From NCBI RefSeq assembly GCF_000981785.2, contig NZ_CP011304.1:30001-62000 (forward strand): a stretch of 32,000 bases of DNA, given 5' to 3'. Source of the DNA: Microcystis aeruginosa NIES-2549 (GTDB lineage Bacteria > Cyanobacteriota > Cyanobacteriia > Cyanobacteriales > Microcystaceae). The translations under genes were made by a program, and so were the position numbers. Positions 10,488-19,720 of this stretch are shown here, piece after piece; the stretch's first letter is position 1, and every line of letters begins with the position of its first letter. The notes beneath the pieces are model-generated. The model was given only the letters and a program-made list of their open reading frames with translations. It was not told the origin of the DNA and did not search any database.

Positions 10488-11741
10488 ATGGCCGCTGAAA
10501 TTATTTGTGTAGGAACGGAATTATTATTAGGGGATATAGTTAACACTAACGCCCAATATTTAGCCTTAGAATTGGCAAAATTAGGCATTCCCCATTATTA
10601 TCAAACGGTGGTGGGGGATAATGTAGAAAGACTGAAAAAAGCGATCGCTATTGCTCGAGAACGTTCCTCAATTTTAATTTTTACCGGCGGACTGGGACCT
10701 ACTCCCGACGATTTAACCACAGAAACAATCGCCGATTTTTTCCAAACGCCCCTTAGAGAAGATAAAGAGATTTTAGCAGAAATCGAGGCTAAATTTACGA
10801 GTTTAGGGCGAGAAATGCCTCCTAGTAACAGTAAACAGGCTTTAATACCCGTGGGAGCCGATTTTTTGCCAAATCCGACGGGAACCGCCCCCGGCATGAT
10901 CTGGCAACCACAGACTAACCTGACTATTCTTACTTTCCCCGGAGTACCCTCAGAAATGAAGAGAATGTGGGTAGAAACGGCGATTCCTTACCTAGAAAGT
11001 CAAGGATGGGGCAAAGAGAGGATTTATAGTCGTTCTCTCAAATTTCGCGGTATCGGTGAGTCAGCTTTAGCGGAAAAAGTTGTCCATTTATTTGATCTGA
11101 CTAACCCCACCGTTGCCCCCTATGCTGGTTTAGGCGAAGTGCGTTTGCGAATTGCGACGAAAGCACCTTCTTTAGAGGCTGCTTTGCAGGTAATTGAACC
11201 GGTAGCGACGGAAATTAAGGAAATCGCCGGATTAGATTATTTTGGGGCTGATGATGATACTTTACCCTCGGTAGTGGGGGAACTGTTGCGGCGACAAAAA
11301 CAAACTTTGAGTGTGGCAGAATCCTGTACTGGAGGAGGATTAGGGGAAATTATCACCCAAATCGCTGGCAGTTCCGATTATTTTTGGGGTGGGGTTATTT
11401 CCTACGATAATCGGGTAAAAGTTGCCCTCTTAGACGTAAATGAGCGGGATTTAAATAATTTCGGGGCTGTCAGTGCCATTGTTGCCCAACAGATGGCCCT
11501 AGGAGTGCAAAAACGCCTCGCTACCGATTGGGGGATCAGTATCACGGGTATTGCCGGACCCGGAGGTGGCAGCGAGACGAAACCCGTGGGCCTAGTTTAT
11601 ATCGGTTTAGCCGATCCTCAGGGAAATGTCACCGTATCAGAGCATCGTTTCGGAGAAAATCGAGATCGCTTGACAATTCGCCAGATTAGTGCTTATACCG
11701 CCCTCGATCGCCTACGACGGAATTTATTAACAATATCTTAA
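10488..11741 (+). CDS. cinA: CinA-family competence/damage-inducible protein (MoCF-binding domain plus nicotinamide-nucleotide amidase domain)
   Basis: MAAEIICVGTELLLGDIVNTNAQYLA... is the canonical CinA N-terminus. C-terminal PncC-type domain (LSVAESCTGG). The ATG at 10488 is preferred over the TTG at 10476. Confidence 0.9.
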   Translation: MAAEIICVGTELLLGDIVNTNAQYLALELAKLGIPHYYQTVVGDNVERLKKAIAIARERSSILIFTGGLGPTPDDLTTETIADFFQTPLREDKEILAEIEAKFTSLGREMPPSNSKQALIPVGADFLPNPTGTAPGMIWQPQTNLTILTFPGVPSEMKRMWVETAIPYLESQGWGKERIYSRSLKFRGIGESALAEKVVHLFDLTNPTVAPYAGLGEVRLRIATKAPSLEAALQVIEPVATEIKEIAGLDYFGADDDTLPSVVGELLRRQKQTLSVAESCTGGGLGEIITQIAGSSDYFWGGVISYDNRVKVALLDVNERDLNNFGAVSAIVAQQMALGVQKRLATDWGISITGIAGPGGGSETKPVGLVYIGLADPQGNVTVSEHRFGENRDRLTIRQISAYTALDRLRRNLLTIS

Positions 11742-11948
11742 AAAAGAATTGCCAAGAATATATACTCAGAATAAAAAGTTATGTTAAGCTTAATATAAAT
11801 ACAAGATACAGATTCCCCCGCTCGTCAAATTTAACAGCCAAACGATGAAAATTAGTTAAAATTCTCTAGAATCAAGCTTTTGCGTAGCTGTTGCGGGGAT
11901 CAATCGACGAAAACTCATAGCTAGTATCTCAAAGGAGCCATTTGGTCA

Positions 11949-12080
11949 ATGGACTATTTAGATGAAGTGATAGACAAGTTGAGAGAATGGGCGCGCAAAC
12001 TGATCGAGAGTGTTTTTGGTCCGGAACCCGAACCCGAACCCGAACTGATCCCGATCCCCGTGCGTGATCACAGTCGATAA
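11949..12080 (+). CDS. Candidate small protein (43 aa): amphipathic helix plus a (EP)n/IPIP tail
   Basis: AAGGAG lies 10 nt upstream of the ATG. Product is MDYLDEVIDKLREWARKLIESVFGPEPEPEPELIPIPVRDHSR. A hairpin with a T-run follows at 12115-12149. It is below the ORF-track length cutoff. Confidence 0.4.
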   Translation: MDYLDEVIDKLREWARKLIESVFGPEPEPEPELIPIPVRDHSR

Positions 12081-12114
12081 AGCCACCGGTAAAACAGAAT
12101 ATTGCGATAACATC

Positions 12115-12149
12115 AGTGCAAACTTACTATGAGTCTGCACTTGATTTTT
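12115..12149 (+). terminator. Candidate terminator hairpin between the convergent small ORF and the Hsp70-like gene
   Basis: AGTGCA (12115-12120) pairs with TGCACT (12136-12141). 15-nt loop, then TGATTTTT. Confidence 0.35.
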
Positions 12150-12163
12150 GGCTGAAGCCAATC

Positions 12164-13759
12164 CTAGCTTAATTTGGTGACGATTTGATTATTTAGTAAC
12201 AATTCTTGACTGAGTAAATCTTCCACATTAATCCGCAGGAAACACTGATCATCAATCCAGAACTGCACTTTAATGCGATCTTTGCCAGGCAAACCTAAAG
12301 GATCGAGTTGAGCAATGGATCTTGCTCCCTCGCGATCATTTAAGGGTTGAACGCTAGTTTCTCCATTACTCAGGGAACGAGTAATTAATTTATCACCATC
12401 AAAATAGACCTCCATTGCCCCCTTTTCCGTCCCTAATTCGCCGATAATTAACTCAATGCTGGGTTGATTGTCCACGGAAGCACCTAGGACTAATTCCACG
12501 GGTTTTTCCATCGGATAGGGTTGTCCGGAGTTAATAATCGGATGCCAAGCGTGGGCATTTTTGCGACGATTCCAGTAACGAATGCCGTAGCTATGATAGA
12601 GAAAATCTTTGACTTGATAACCTTGGGCTAATTGTAACGCTCCCAAAGCGATCGCTTCAAAGGGTCGATCCTCTTTAATTTTACTACTATCAAAATACTG
12701 TCGCACCCAATCTTTTACCGCCGGAATTTGTACGGTTCCCCCGACTAATAACACCGCATCGATATCGCTAACTTCAACTCCATTGCGTCTTCCCTGTTGC
12801 AAAACTCCCGTCATTAAATCATCTAATTGATTAAAAAAGTTTTGTTGTTGGAGAATATCGGTCAATTGTTCTCGATCCAAGCTTAACTCGTAACTCTCGA
12901 AATTTTCCTCATCAAAATATACCTCCTCGGCGGTTAATTGGGAAGAAAGTTTAATCTTTAATCTTTCTGCTAGACGAGTAGTCAAGGAAGTTTTCCCTAA
13001 AGATTGCTTTTGGGCAAAATAATCGACAATCCAATCATCGATATCTGACCCCCCTAAATTTGTCCCTGCCTTGGCTAAAACTCTGGCTAGTTTAGTTTTT
13101 TGAGCCGAATTATTGCCTAAAAGTTTTTCTCCCCACTTGAGAATAAAACCTTGATTTTTTTGAGGATTATCTAAATCTAATTGTACCAAAGAAAGATCGA
13201 GAGTTCCACCGCCAAAATCTACCACTAAAATCACTTGATCCCCAGTGGTTCCATAACCCAAAGCGGCGGCCGTGGGTTCATCAATTAGGCGAATTTGTTC
13301 GATTTCCCATCCCTGACAAACATTGCTTAACCAATTGCGGTAACTTTCAAAACTATCGACGGGAACGGTTAAAACTAGCGATTGGGGGGTTTCCGGGGCG
13401 GTGTTTTTTAAGTGGTCGATGATGCTATCGAGAAACCATTGGCCAACCCCCTCGAAACTGAGGACAGTTTCCTCTAATTCCGGTAAAAATCCTTGAATTT
13501 TTGCGCCGATACCTCGTTTAAAGCAACGAAAAAAACGCGGATCTCGATCGATATCTAAACCCTGATCGCGCACTGCTTGACCGGCAATTACTTGTAGGGG
13601 ATTGGCTGATTTAATATAGAGTAAACTGGGAATTAGGGGGGGATTGTCGGCTATTTGTTGGGATAACTCCGATAATTTCACGGTTTCGGCCCTATTTGTC
13701 GCCCCATTCCAACGAGTAATGACGGTATTACTGGTTCCGAAATCAATAGCGTAGAACAC
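12164..13759 (-). CDS. Hsp70-family (DnaK-like) ATPase, short form without the C-terminal lid
   Basis: 531 aa with AIDFGTSNT, DEPTAAALGYG, VVDFGGGTLDLSLV and LLVGGTVQIP motifs. GTG start. Confidence 0.9.
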   Translation of the reverse strand: MFYAIDFGTSNTVITRWNGATNRAETVKLSELSQQIADNPPLIPSLLYIKSANPLQVIAGQAVRDQGLDIDRDPRFFRCFKRGIGAKIQGFLPELEETVLSFEGVGQWFLDSIIDHLKNTAPETPQSLVLTVPVDSFESYRNWLSNVCQGWEIEQIRLIDEPTAAALGYGTTGDQVILVVDFGGGTLDLSLVQLDLDNPQKNQGFILKWGEKLLGNNSAQKTKLARVLAKAGTNLGGSDIDDWIVDYFAQKQSLGKTSLTTRLAERLKIKLSSQLTAEEVYFDEENFESYELSLDREQLTDILQQQNFFNQLDDLMTGVLQQGRRNGVEVSDIDAVLLVGGTVQIPAVKDWVRQYFDSSKIKEDRPFEAIALGALQLAQGYQVKDFLYHSYGIRYWNRRKNAHAWHPIINSGQPYPMEKPVELVLGASVDNQPSIELIIGELGTEKGAMEVYFDGDKLITRSLSNGETSVQPLNDREGARSIAQLDPLGLPGKDRIKVQFWIDDQCFLRINVEDLLSQELLLNNQIVTKLS

Positions 13760-13899
13760 GATCGATGGTTTTTAGGTAAATTTAGTTAATTATTCGCTAT
13801 TATAACCTGTTATTTATTGAACCCACCCGATCGGGGTGGAAGTTTCCGAAAAACCTAGGCAATTTGGTCAGCGTAAGCTCAAGAAGTCTGAGCAGAAAC

Positions 13900-13928
13900 T
13901 TGACAAATAATCTTTAATAGTATATATG
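13900..13928 (+). promoter_or_regulatory. Promoter candidate for the Uma2 gene at 13951
   Basis: TTGACA (13900-13905), 17-nt spacer, TATATG (13923-13928). Confidence 0.35.
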
Positions 13929-13950
13929 AGTTGCACCTGATCAAAGGATT

Positions 13951-14550
13951 ATGTTAGCAGTTACTACCTCACCCGAAACCCTCTCCTTAGAAATTCCTAC
14001 GGCGCTCGCTCTCTCTATCACCCTTGAACAGTTTGAAGCCCTTGCTGTGGTCAACCGTGACTTAAAATTAGAACGTACAGCCCAAGGAGAATTAATCGTG
14101 AATCCCCCGACAGGTGGCGAATCAGGACAGCGAAATTTTCGTATAACAGGACAATTGTTTCGCTGGTGCGAAGAAAATGAAGCTTTAGGAGTCGGGTTTG
14201 ACTCTTCCACTGGATTTATACTACCAAATGGGGCGATTCGTTCTCCCGATCTATCTTGGGTGAGTCGAGAACGCTGGGAATCTTTAACCCCTAAGCAGAA
14301 AAAGGGATTTATTCCCCTCTGTCCCGATTTTGTGGTGGAATTGCGGTCTGAATCCGATAATCTTGACAAATTACAGAAAAAACTGCTCGAATATAGGGAA
14401 AATGGCGCAAGGTTAGGCTGGTTAATCGATCCCCAGAATCGGCAAGTTGAAATTTATCATCAAGGAAAGGAGGTAGAAATATTAGAAAATCCCACTGATT
14501 TATCGGGTGAAGATGTTTTACCCAATTTTAGCTTAAATTTAAAGCTCTGA
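13951..14550 (+). CDS. Uma2 (DUF820) family restriction-endonuclease-like protein
   Basis: 199 aa with ELIVNPPTGG, FDSSTGFILPNG, RSPDLSW and PDFVVELRS motifs typical of Uma2/DUF820. Confidence 0.9.
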   Translation: MLAVTTSPETLSLEIPTALALSITLEQFEALAVVNRDLKLERTAQGELIVNPPTGGESGQRNFRITGQLFRWCEENEALGVGFDSSTGFILPNGAIRSPDLSWVSRERWESLTPKQKKGFIPLCPDFVVELRSESDNLDKLQKKLLEYRENGARLGWLIDPQNRQVEIYHQGKEVEILENPTDLSGEDVLPNFSLNLKL

Positions 14551-14649
14551 TGTTTTAAGGAGTAATCCTGCGATATTCTGCCAATCTTTTTGAGATCGGG
14601 GATTCGCTTCTAAATTATCTAAGAATTCTTTTTTCTAGGTCATCATCAA

Positions 14650-15117
14650 ATGAGCATCGAAAAGTCTTTAGTCTCGTCAGGTAAAAGTCTTTATCAAGAA
14701 GATTTCTACGGATGGTTACAAGAAACCGCTAATTTACTCAAAGAACATCGTTTTGAAAAATTAGACTTAGAAAATTTAATCGAAGAAATTGAAACGATGG
14801 GAAGGAGTGAAAAACGAGAACTAGAAAGTCGCTTAACCGTCATTGCCGAACATTTGCTTAAATTGACTTACTGGCTAACTGAAAAGGAAGCAAATGCTCA
14901 AGGATGGCGCAGCACAATTGTTGAACAACGCCGACAAGTTCAACGCTTATTAAAAGAGAGTCCAAGTCTGAGAAGATTGATTCCTGAAATCTGGATAGAT
15001 TGTTACCAAGCAGCCAGAGAAGATACTGTCAGAAAGTATCAACTTGCTGCTGATTTATTCCCGATTGAATCACCCTTCACCCTTGCAGAAATCCTTGATT
15101 ATGACTATCTTCCTTAG
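14650..15117 (+). CDS. DUF29 domain protein
   Basis: 155 aa. LYQEDFYGWLQETANLLKEHRFEKLDLENLIEEIETMGRSEKRELESRL is the canonical DUF29 N-terminal pattern. Confidence 0.9.
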   Translation: MSIEKSLVSSGKSLYQEDFYGWLQETANLLKEHRFEKLDLENLIEEIETMGRSEKRELESRLTVIAEHLLKLTYWLTEKEANAQGWRSTIVEQRRQVQRLLKESPSLRRLIPEIWIDCYQAAREDTVRKYQLAADLFPIESPFTLAEILDYDYLP

Positions 15118-15359
15118 AACTAAAGTTTGGTATTTTATCGATGAAGACAATGCCCAACAAAGCCAAGCGTTAAACGGCAATCACTACCTCTGATTTACCA
15201 AATCAAAGTAAGATTTAAACTAAATTCTGGCAGAATACTTTCCCCCGATAAACTCTCTGGATTAGTTAAAATTTCTACTGCCTGTCCTTGACGATAAATT
15301 TCTACTTCTCTCGTTTTTCTATTGATTAACCAACCTAAACGAGTCCCATTATCTAAATA

Positions 15360-17041
15360 GGGTTTGCTGAATAATGGTAAAAACCTTACAGGAAAGGGCT
15401 TTTAGCTTGATTGAGAGCTTCCCAAATGCACTTAAATCTGCTAGAATCTCTTAAAACCCTTGCATCACCCTTGCATCTTCTCTAATTAGTGCTAATGTAC
15501 CGTAAAAGCGAGTTACCCTCAACCCCACCAGAAAACTTCGAGCTGCCCTTTGAGGGGAAATTATCCCAAGACAATCGTTGGGTAATTATGGCCAACCTCA
15601 TTCCCTGGTCAGAATTTGAAGCGGAATACGCATCACTTTTTTCAGAAGAAATGGGCACACCCGCCAAAACATTCAGGACAGCACTCGGAGCATTAATTAT
15701 TAAAGAAAAATTAGGAACAAGCGATAGAGAAACGGTAGAACAAATCAAAGAAAATCCTTATTTACAATACTTCTTGGGGTTTTCATCCTACAGCAATGAA
15801 CCCCGGTTTGAAGCGTCAATGTTGGTTCACTTTCGAGAAAGAATCACTCTGGAACTAATTAATAAAGTGAATCGCTTTATGGTCAAAAATTCGAGAGAAA
15901 TAAAAGAAGAAGAAAATACCGAAAAAAAGTTAGAGAGCGAAACCCAAAGTCAACCAGAAAATCGAGGTAAATTAATTTTAGATGCCAGTTGTGCGCCCGC
16001 AGATATTAGTTATCCTACGGATTTAAACCTGTTAAATCAAGGAAGAAAACAAACCGAAAAAATTATTGATATTCTCTATGAAACTTTAAAAGGAAAACTT
16101 GTTCAAAAACCGAGAACCTATCGTCTTCTAGCCAGAAAAAGTTATTTAGAAGTAGCGAAAAAAAGAAAACCTACCGTCAAACAAAGACGAAAAGCTCTGA
16201 AAAGACAACTGCAATATCTGAAAAGAAATCTCGACCATATTGAACAACTTTTAGCAGAAGGAGCCTCTCTACAAAGCTTGAAAAAAAGAGACTATAAGCT
16301 GTTATTAGTAGTCACAGAAGTTTATCGCCAACAACTCTGGATGTACCAAAATAACAAACAGAGTATTGAAGACAGAATTGTCAGCTTAACTCAACCCCAC
16401 ATCCGTCCGATAGTCAGAGGAAAAGCTGGAAAACCCGTAGAATTTGGGGCTAAATTCTCAGCAAGCTGTATAGATGGTTACATATTTTTAGACCGAATTA
16501 GTTGGGATAACTTTAATGAATCAGGAGATTTAAAAGCACAAATAGAAGCTTATTATGACTATACAGGATACTATCCAGAATCAGTTCATGTGGACAAAAT
16601 TTATCGAACCAGAGAAAACCGAGCTTGGTGTAAAGAAAGGGGAATCAGAATCAGTGGTCCCCCATTAGGAAGACCAGCCAAAAATGTTAGTAAAGAACAA
16701 AAGAAACAAGCTACCGATGATGAGAGGATTCGGAATTGTATAGAGGGCAAATTTGGACAGGGGAAAAGAAGATTTAGCTTAGGTAAAGTGATGGCTAAAC
16801 TTCCTCATACTTCCTTTTCAGCGATTGCTATTACTTTTTTAGTCATGAATCTTTCTAACCTGTTGAGGCAGGTTTTTTGGGCTTTTTTATGTCTGAAATG
16901 GAAAAACAGCACTTTTTCTCGGTCAATGATTAGGATAAGTTATAACTTAAAAATTAATCAACAACTAAAGCTTATGCTTGTAGCTAAGTGAAATCATTGA
17001 TTAAGAGACCTGTACTTTTCAATGACTTTTTCAGCAAACCC
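15360..17041 (+). mobile_element. Intact insertion sequence (IS4/IS5 superfamily), 1682 bp
   Basis: Terminal inverted repeats GGGTTTGCTGAA(T/A)AA at both ends. Flanked by direct TAAATA, which is single in the uninterrupted paralog at 17644-17649. One 498-500-aa transposase ORF. Confidence 0.85.
15495..16991 (+). CDS. DDE transposase (DUF772-like N-terminal domain plus IS4/IS5-type DDE domain)
   Basis: LGALIIKEKLGTSDRETVEQIKENPYLQYFLGF (DUF772-like), LILDASCAPADISYPTD, VHVDKIYRTRENRAWCKERGIRI and RNCIEGKFGQGKRRF. Start is the ATG at 15495 or the GTG at 15489. Confidence 0.9.
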   Translation: MYRKSELPSTPPENFELPFEGKLSQDNRWVIMANLIPWSEFEAEYASLFSEEMGTPAKTFRTALGALIIKEKLGTSDRETVEQIKENPYLQYFLGFSSYSNEPRFEASMLVHFRERITLELINKVNRFMVKNSREIKEEENTEKKLESETQSQPENRGKLILDASCAPADISYPTDLNLLNQGRKQTEKIIDILYETLKGKLVQKPRTYRLLARKSYLEVAKKRKPTVKQRRKALKRQLQYLKRNLDHIEQLLAEGASLQSLKKRDYKLLLVVTEVYRQQLWMYQNNKQSIEDRIVSLTQPHIRPIVRGKAGKPVEFGAKFSASCIDGYIFLDRISWDNFNESGDLKAQIEAYYDYTGYYPESVHVDKIYRTRENRAWCKERGIRISGPPLGRPAKNVSKEQKKQATDDERIRNCIEGKFGQGKRRFSLGKVMAKLPHTSFSAIAITFLVMNLSNLLRQVFWAFLCLKWKNSTFSRSMIRISYNLKINQQLKLMLVAK

Positions 17042-17484
17042 TAAATATTCCTGCATTTTTTTCCTAGTAGTTTCTAGGCTATCACTAGGAGACATTAATT
17101 CAATGACAAAATCGGGAGATAGAGGTAAAAATCTTTCCTTTTGTTGCGGGGTTAAAGCTTGCCATTTTTCTAAAGGTATCCAAGCAGCATCGGGAGAGCG
17201 ATCGGCCCCATTCGGTAGTTTAAACCCCGTGGAGGAATCAAAAACTACACCTAATTTATGTAGGTTATTCCATAACCATAATTGGGCAGTGATTCCAGCG
17301 TTAGAATTACCAGTTTTTCCTCCAGTTGGTGGCATAATAATTAAATCTCCTTTCGCGTTGCGTTCCAAACGTAAATCTCGGTTATCCTGACACAGTTGAA
17401 AAAACTGTTCATCGCTAAGTTGCCAAGATTCAAATTTAATTTCTACTACTGTCATCATAGATTCTCTTTTATAGGATTATAGAA

Positions 17485-18054
17485 TTACCAAATATTATCA
17501 AGTTCTAAGACAAATTGAGATAAAATATTTTCCCCCGATAAACTTTCTGGATTAGTTAAAATTTCTACTGCCTGTCCTTGACGATAAATTTCTACTTGTC
17601 TAGTTTTTCTATTGATTAACCAACCTAAACGAGTCCCATTATCTAAATATTCCTGCATTTTTCTCCTAGCAGTTTCTATATTGTCACTAGGAGACATTAA
17701 TTCAATGACAAAATCGGGAGATAGAGGTAAAAATCTTTCCTTTTGTTGGGGGTTTAAAGCTTGCCATTTTTCTAAAGGTATCCAAGCAGCATCGGGAGAG
17801 CGATCAGCCCCATTAGGTAGTTTAAATCCTGTGGAGGAATCAAAAGCGATACCCGTACCATTGTTATCTGACCAATTAAATAATTTTTGGGTGATTCTAC
17901 CGTTACTATTGCCCGTTTTTCCTCCAGTCGGTGGCATAATAATTAAATCTCCTTTCGCGCTGCGTTCCAAACGTAAATCTCGGTTATCCTGACAAAGTTG
18001 AAAGAACTGTTCATCGCTCAGTTGCCAAGATTCAAATTTAACTTCTACTGTCAT
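17485..18054 (-). CDS. Uma2 (DUF820) family restriction-endonuclease-like protein, tandem paralog of the split copy
   Basis: Same motifs as the other copies. The ATG at 18054 (MTVEVKFESW...) is preferred over the TTG at 18066. Lies 31-43 nt downstream of accC on the same strand. Confidence 0.9.
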   Translation of the reverse strand: MTVEVKFESWQLSDEQFFQLCQDNRDLRLERSAKGDLIIMPPTGGKTGNSNGRITQKLFNWSDNNGTGIAFDSSTGFKLPNGADRSPDAAWIPLEKWQALNPQQKERFLPLSPDFVIELMSPSDNIETARRKMQEYLDNGTRLGWLINRKTRQVEIYRQGQAVEILTNPESLSGENILSQFVLELDNIW

Positions 18055-18097
18055 TATTATCCCCAACCTACTCTCGTCTAAAATTCATGGTAACGCC

Positions 18098-19444
18098 CTA
18101 GGGCAAGAGATGTTCTTGGATGAAATTAGTGTAAACATCTCCGGCTAAAAAGGCGGGAGTTTCCAGTATTTTACGATGGAAATCAATAGTCGTCGGTACT
18201 CCCGTGATCGCACATTCCCGCAGGGCCCGTTTCATGCGTTTAATCGCAGTTTCGCGATTTTCTCCCCAGACAATTAATTTCCCAATTAGGGAATCGTAAT
18301 AGGGGGGGATTTCGTAATCGGTGTAAACGTGGGAATCCATGCGGACACCAGGACCGCCGGGGGGCAGATAACCGCTAATTTTGCCGGGGTGGGGGCGAAA
18401 ATTGCGATCGGGATCCTCGGCATTAATGCGACACTCGATCGAATGCCCTCTAAATATCACCTGATCTTGCTTAATTTGCAGTTTTTCGCCCTGTGCCACC
18501 AGAATTTGTTCTCGGATCAGGTCTATCCCCGTGATCATCTCCGTGACGGGGTGTTCCACCTGAATACGGGTGTTCATTTCCATGAAGTAAAAATTACCGT
18601 GTTTATCGACTAAAAATTCCACGGTTCCCACCCCGACGTAATTAATCGATTTAGCGGCTTTAACGGCGGCATTACCCATTTTTGAGCGTAAATGCGGCGT
18701 TAAAAAAGGACTGGGGGCCTCTTCTAGCAGTTTTTGGTGTCGTCGCTGAATCGAACAGTCTCTTTCTCCTAAATGGATCACGTTACCGTGACTATCGGCC
18801 AAAATCTGAAACTCGATATGTCGGGGACACTCGATAAATTTTTCTAGATATACTCCCGAATTGCCAAAAGCCGCTTCTGCTTCCCCTTGGGCGGCTTTTA
18901 ACATATTACCTAGTTCATCTGCACTCTTGACAAGACGCATCCCACGCCCTCCACCGCCGGCGGTGGCTTTAATCAGGACAGGATAACCGATGTCATCAGC
19001 GATACGTTTTGCTTCCGCTTCTGAGGTAATTAAACCACCACTGCCGGGGATAGTGGGAACTCCCGCTTTTTGCATGGTTTTTTTAGCGGTGGATTTATCG
19101 CCCATAGCCAGAATAGCACTGGGAGACGGACCGATAAAAGTTAACTGATGATCGGCACAAATTTCGGCAAAGCGGGCGTTTTCTGCCAAAAAACCGTAAC
19201 CGGGATGGATGGCCGTGGCGTTGCGTGTTAGGGCAGCCGAGATGATATTAGGGATATTTAGGTAACTTTTGCTGCTTGGGGGCGGACCAATACAAACACT
19301 CTCATCGGCCAGTTGAACATGAAGGGCATGGCGATCGATGGTAGAGTGAACGGCAACGGTTCTAATGCCCAATTCTTCGCAACTATGAAGGATTCTTAAG
19401 GCGATTTCCCCGCGATTGGCGATTAATATCTTGGCAAACTGCAT
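18098..19444 (-). CDS. accC: Acetyl-CoA carboxylase biotin carboxylase subunit
   Basis: 448 aa. [17 protein letters not shown]-grasp motifs and [14 protein letters not shown]. Confidence 0.97.
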   Translation of the reverse strand: MQFAKILIANRGEIALRILHSCEELGIRTVAVHSTIDRHALHVQLADESVCIGPPPSSKSYLNIPNIISAALTRNATAIHPGYGFLAENARFAEICADHQLTFIGPSPSAILAMGDKSTAKKTMQKAGVPTIPGSGGLITSEAEAKRIADDIGYPVLIKATAGGGGRGMRLVKSADELGNMLKAAQGEAEAAFGNSGVYLEKFIECPRHIEFQILADSHGNVIHLGERDCSIQRRHQKLLEEAPSPFLTPHLRSKMGNAAVKAAKSINYVGVGTVEFLVDKHGNFYFMEMNTRIQVEHPVTEMITGIDLIREQILVAQGEKLQIKQDQVIFRGHSIECRINAEDPDRNFRPHPGKISGYLPPGGPGVRMDSHVYTDYEIPPYYDSLIGKLIVWGENRETAIKRMKRALRECAITGVPTTIDFHRKILETPAFLAGDVYTNFIQEHLLP

Positions 19445-19533
19445 TGGACGACCACGAGATCAGGCTGGTGTAATAGGCGACTATTTAGTAGAATATCTGG
19501 TTTTGTTACCTTGGGGAAATCGGGAAGTATTTT

Positions 19534-19590
19534 CAGTCAACAGTGAACAGTAATCAGTGAAAACTCACATCTGATAACTGATTACTGATT
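19534..19590. repeat. Short copy of the heptad composite (CAGTNAA heptads, spacer, GATAACT/GATTACT heptads)
   Basis: The sequence cagtcaacagtgaacagtaatcagtgaaaactcacatctgataactgattactgatt, read directly. Confidence 0.8.
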
Positions 19591-19720
19591 CAAGGCTGCC
19601 TACCGACGGCTAAAATAACTGACTTCGTCTCCCTCCCCGGTCAAGATTGAAAGCGATAAGCTAGAGTGTGAGGAGTGAAAACTTTTTAATCTCGTTTCGC
19701 CCCTAGAGGATAATAGCTCG

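Larger units (their letters stand above)
15185..17458 (-). pseudogene. Uma2-family gene split by an IS insertion (N-terminal part 17042-17458, C-terminal part 15185-15359)
   Basis: The track ORF 16994..17458 runs from Uma2 sequence into IS-derived codons (..MQEYL|GFAEKV..). The missing tail (DNGTRLGWLINRKTREVEIYRQGQAVEIL...LIW, then stop) is encoded at 15185-15359. The intact paralog at 17485-18054 shows the uninterrupted junction. Confidence 0.85.

Noticed and set aside
11958-12161. A 67-aa minus-strand ORF immediately downstream of the Hsp70-like gene.
   Set aside because: No RBS and low-complexity sequence (GFGFGFR). It mirrors the better-supported plus-strand 43-aa ORF.
13941-14369. Long antisense ORFs inside all three Uma2 genes (13941..14369, 17022..17390, 17612..17992) that even share peptide motifs (GER.APFGS.NPVEES, PPVGG).
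   Set aside because: They lie in the antisense frame whose third positions coincide with the sense wobble positions. In that frame, stops arise only from particular Tyr/His/Gln codon contexts. Conservation of the sense protein automatically conserves the antisense peptide. No RBS or independent evidence.
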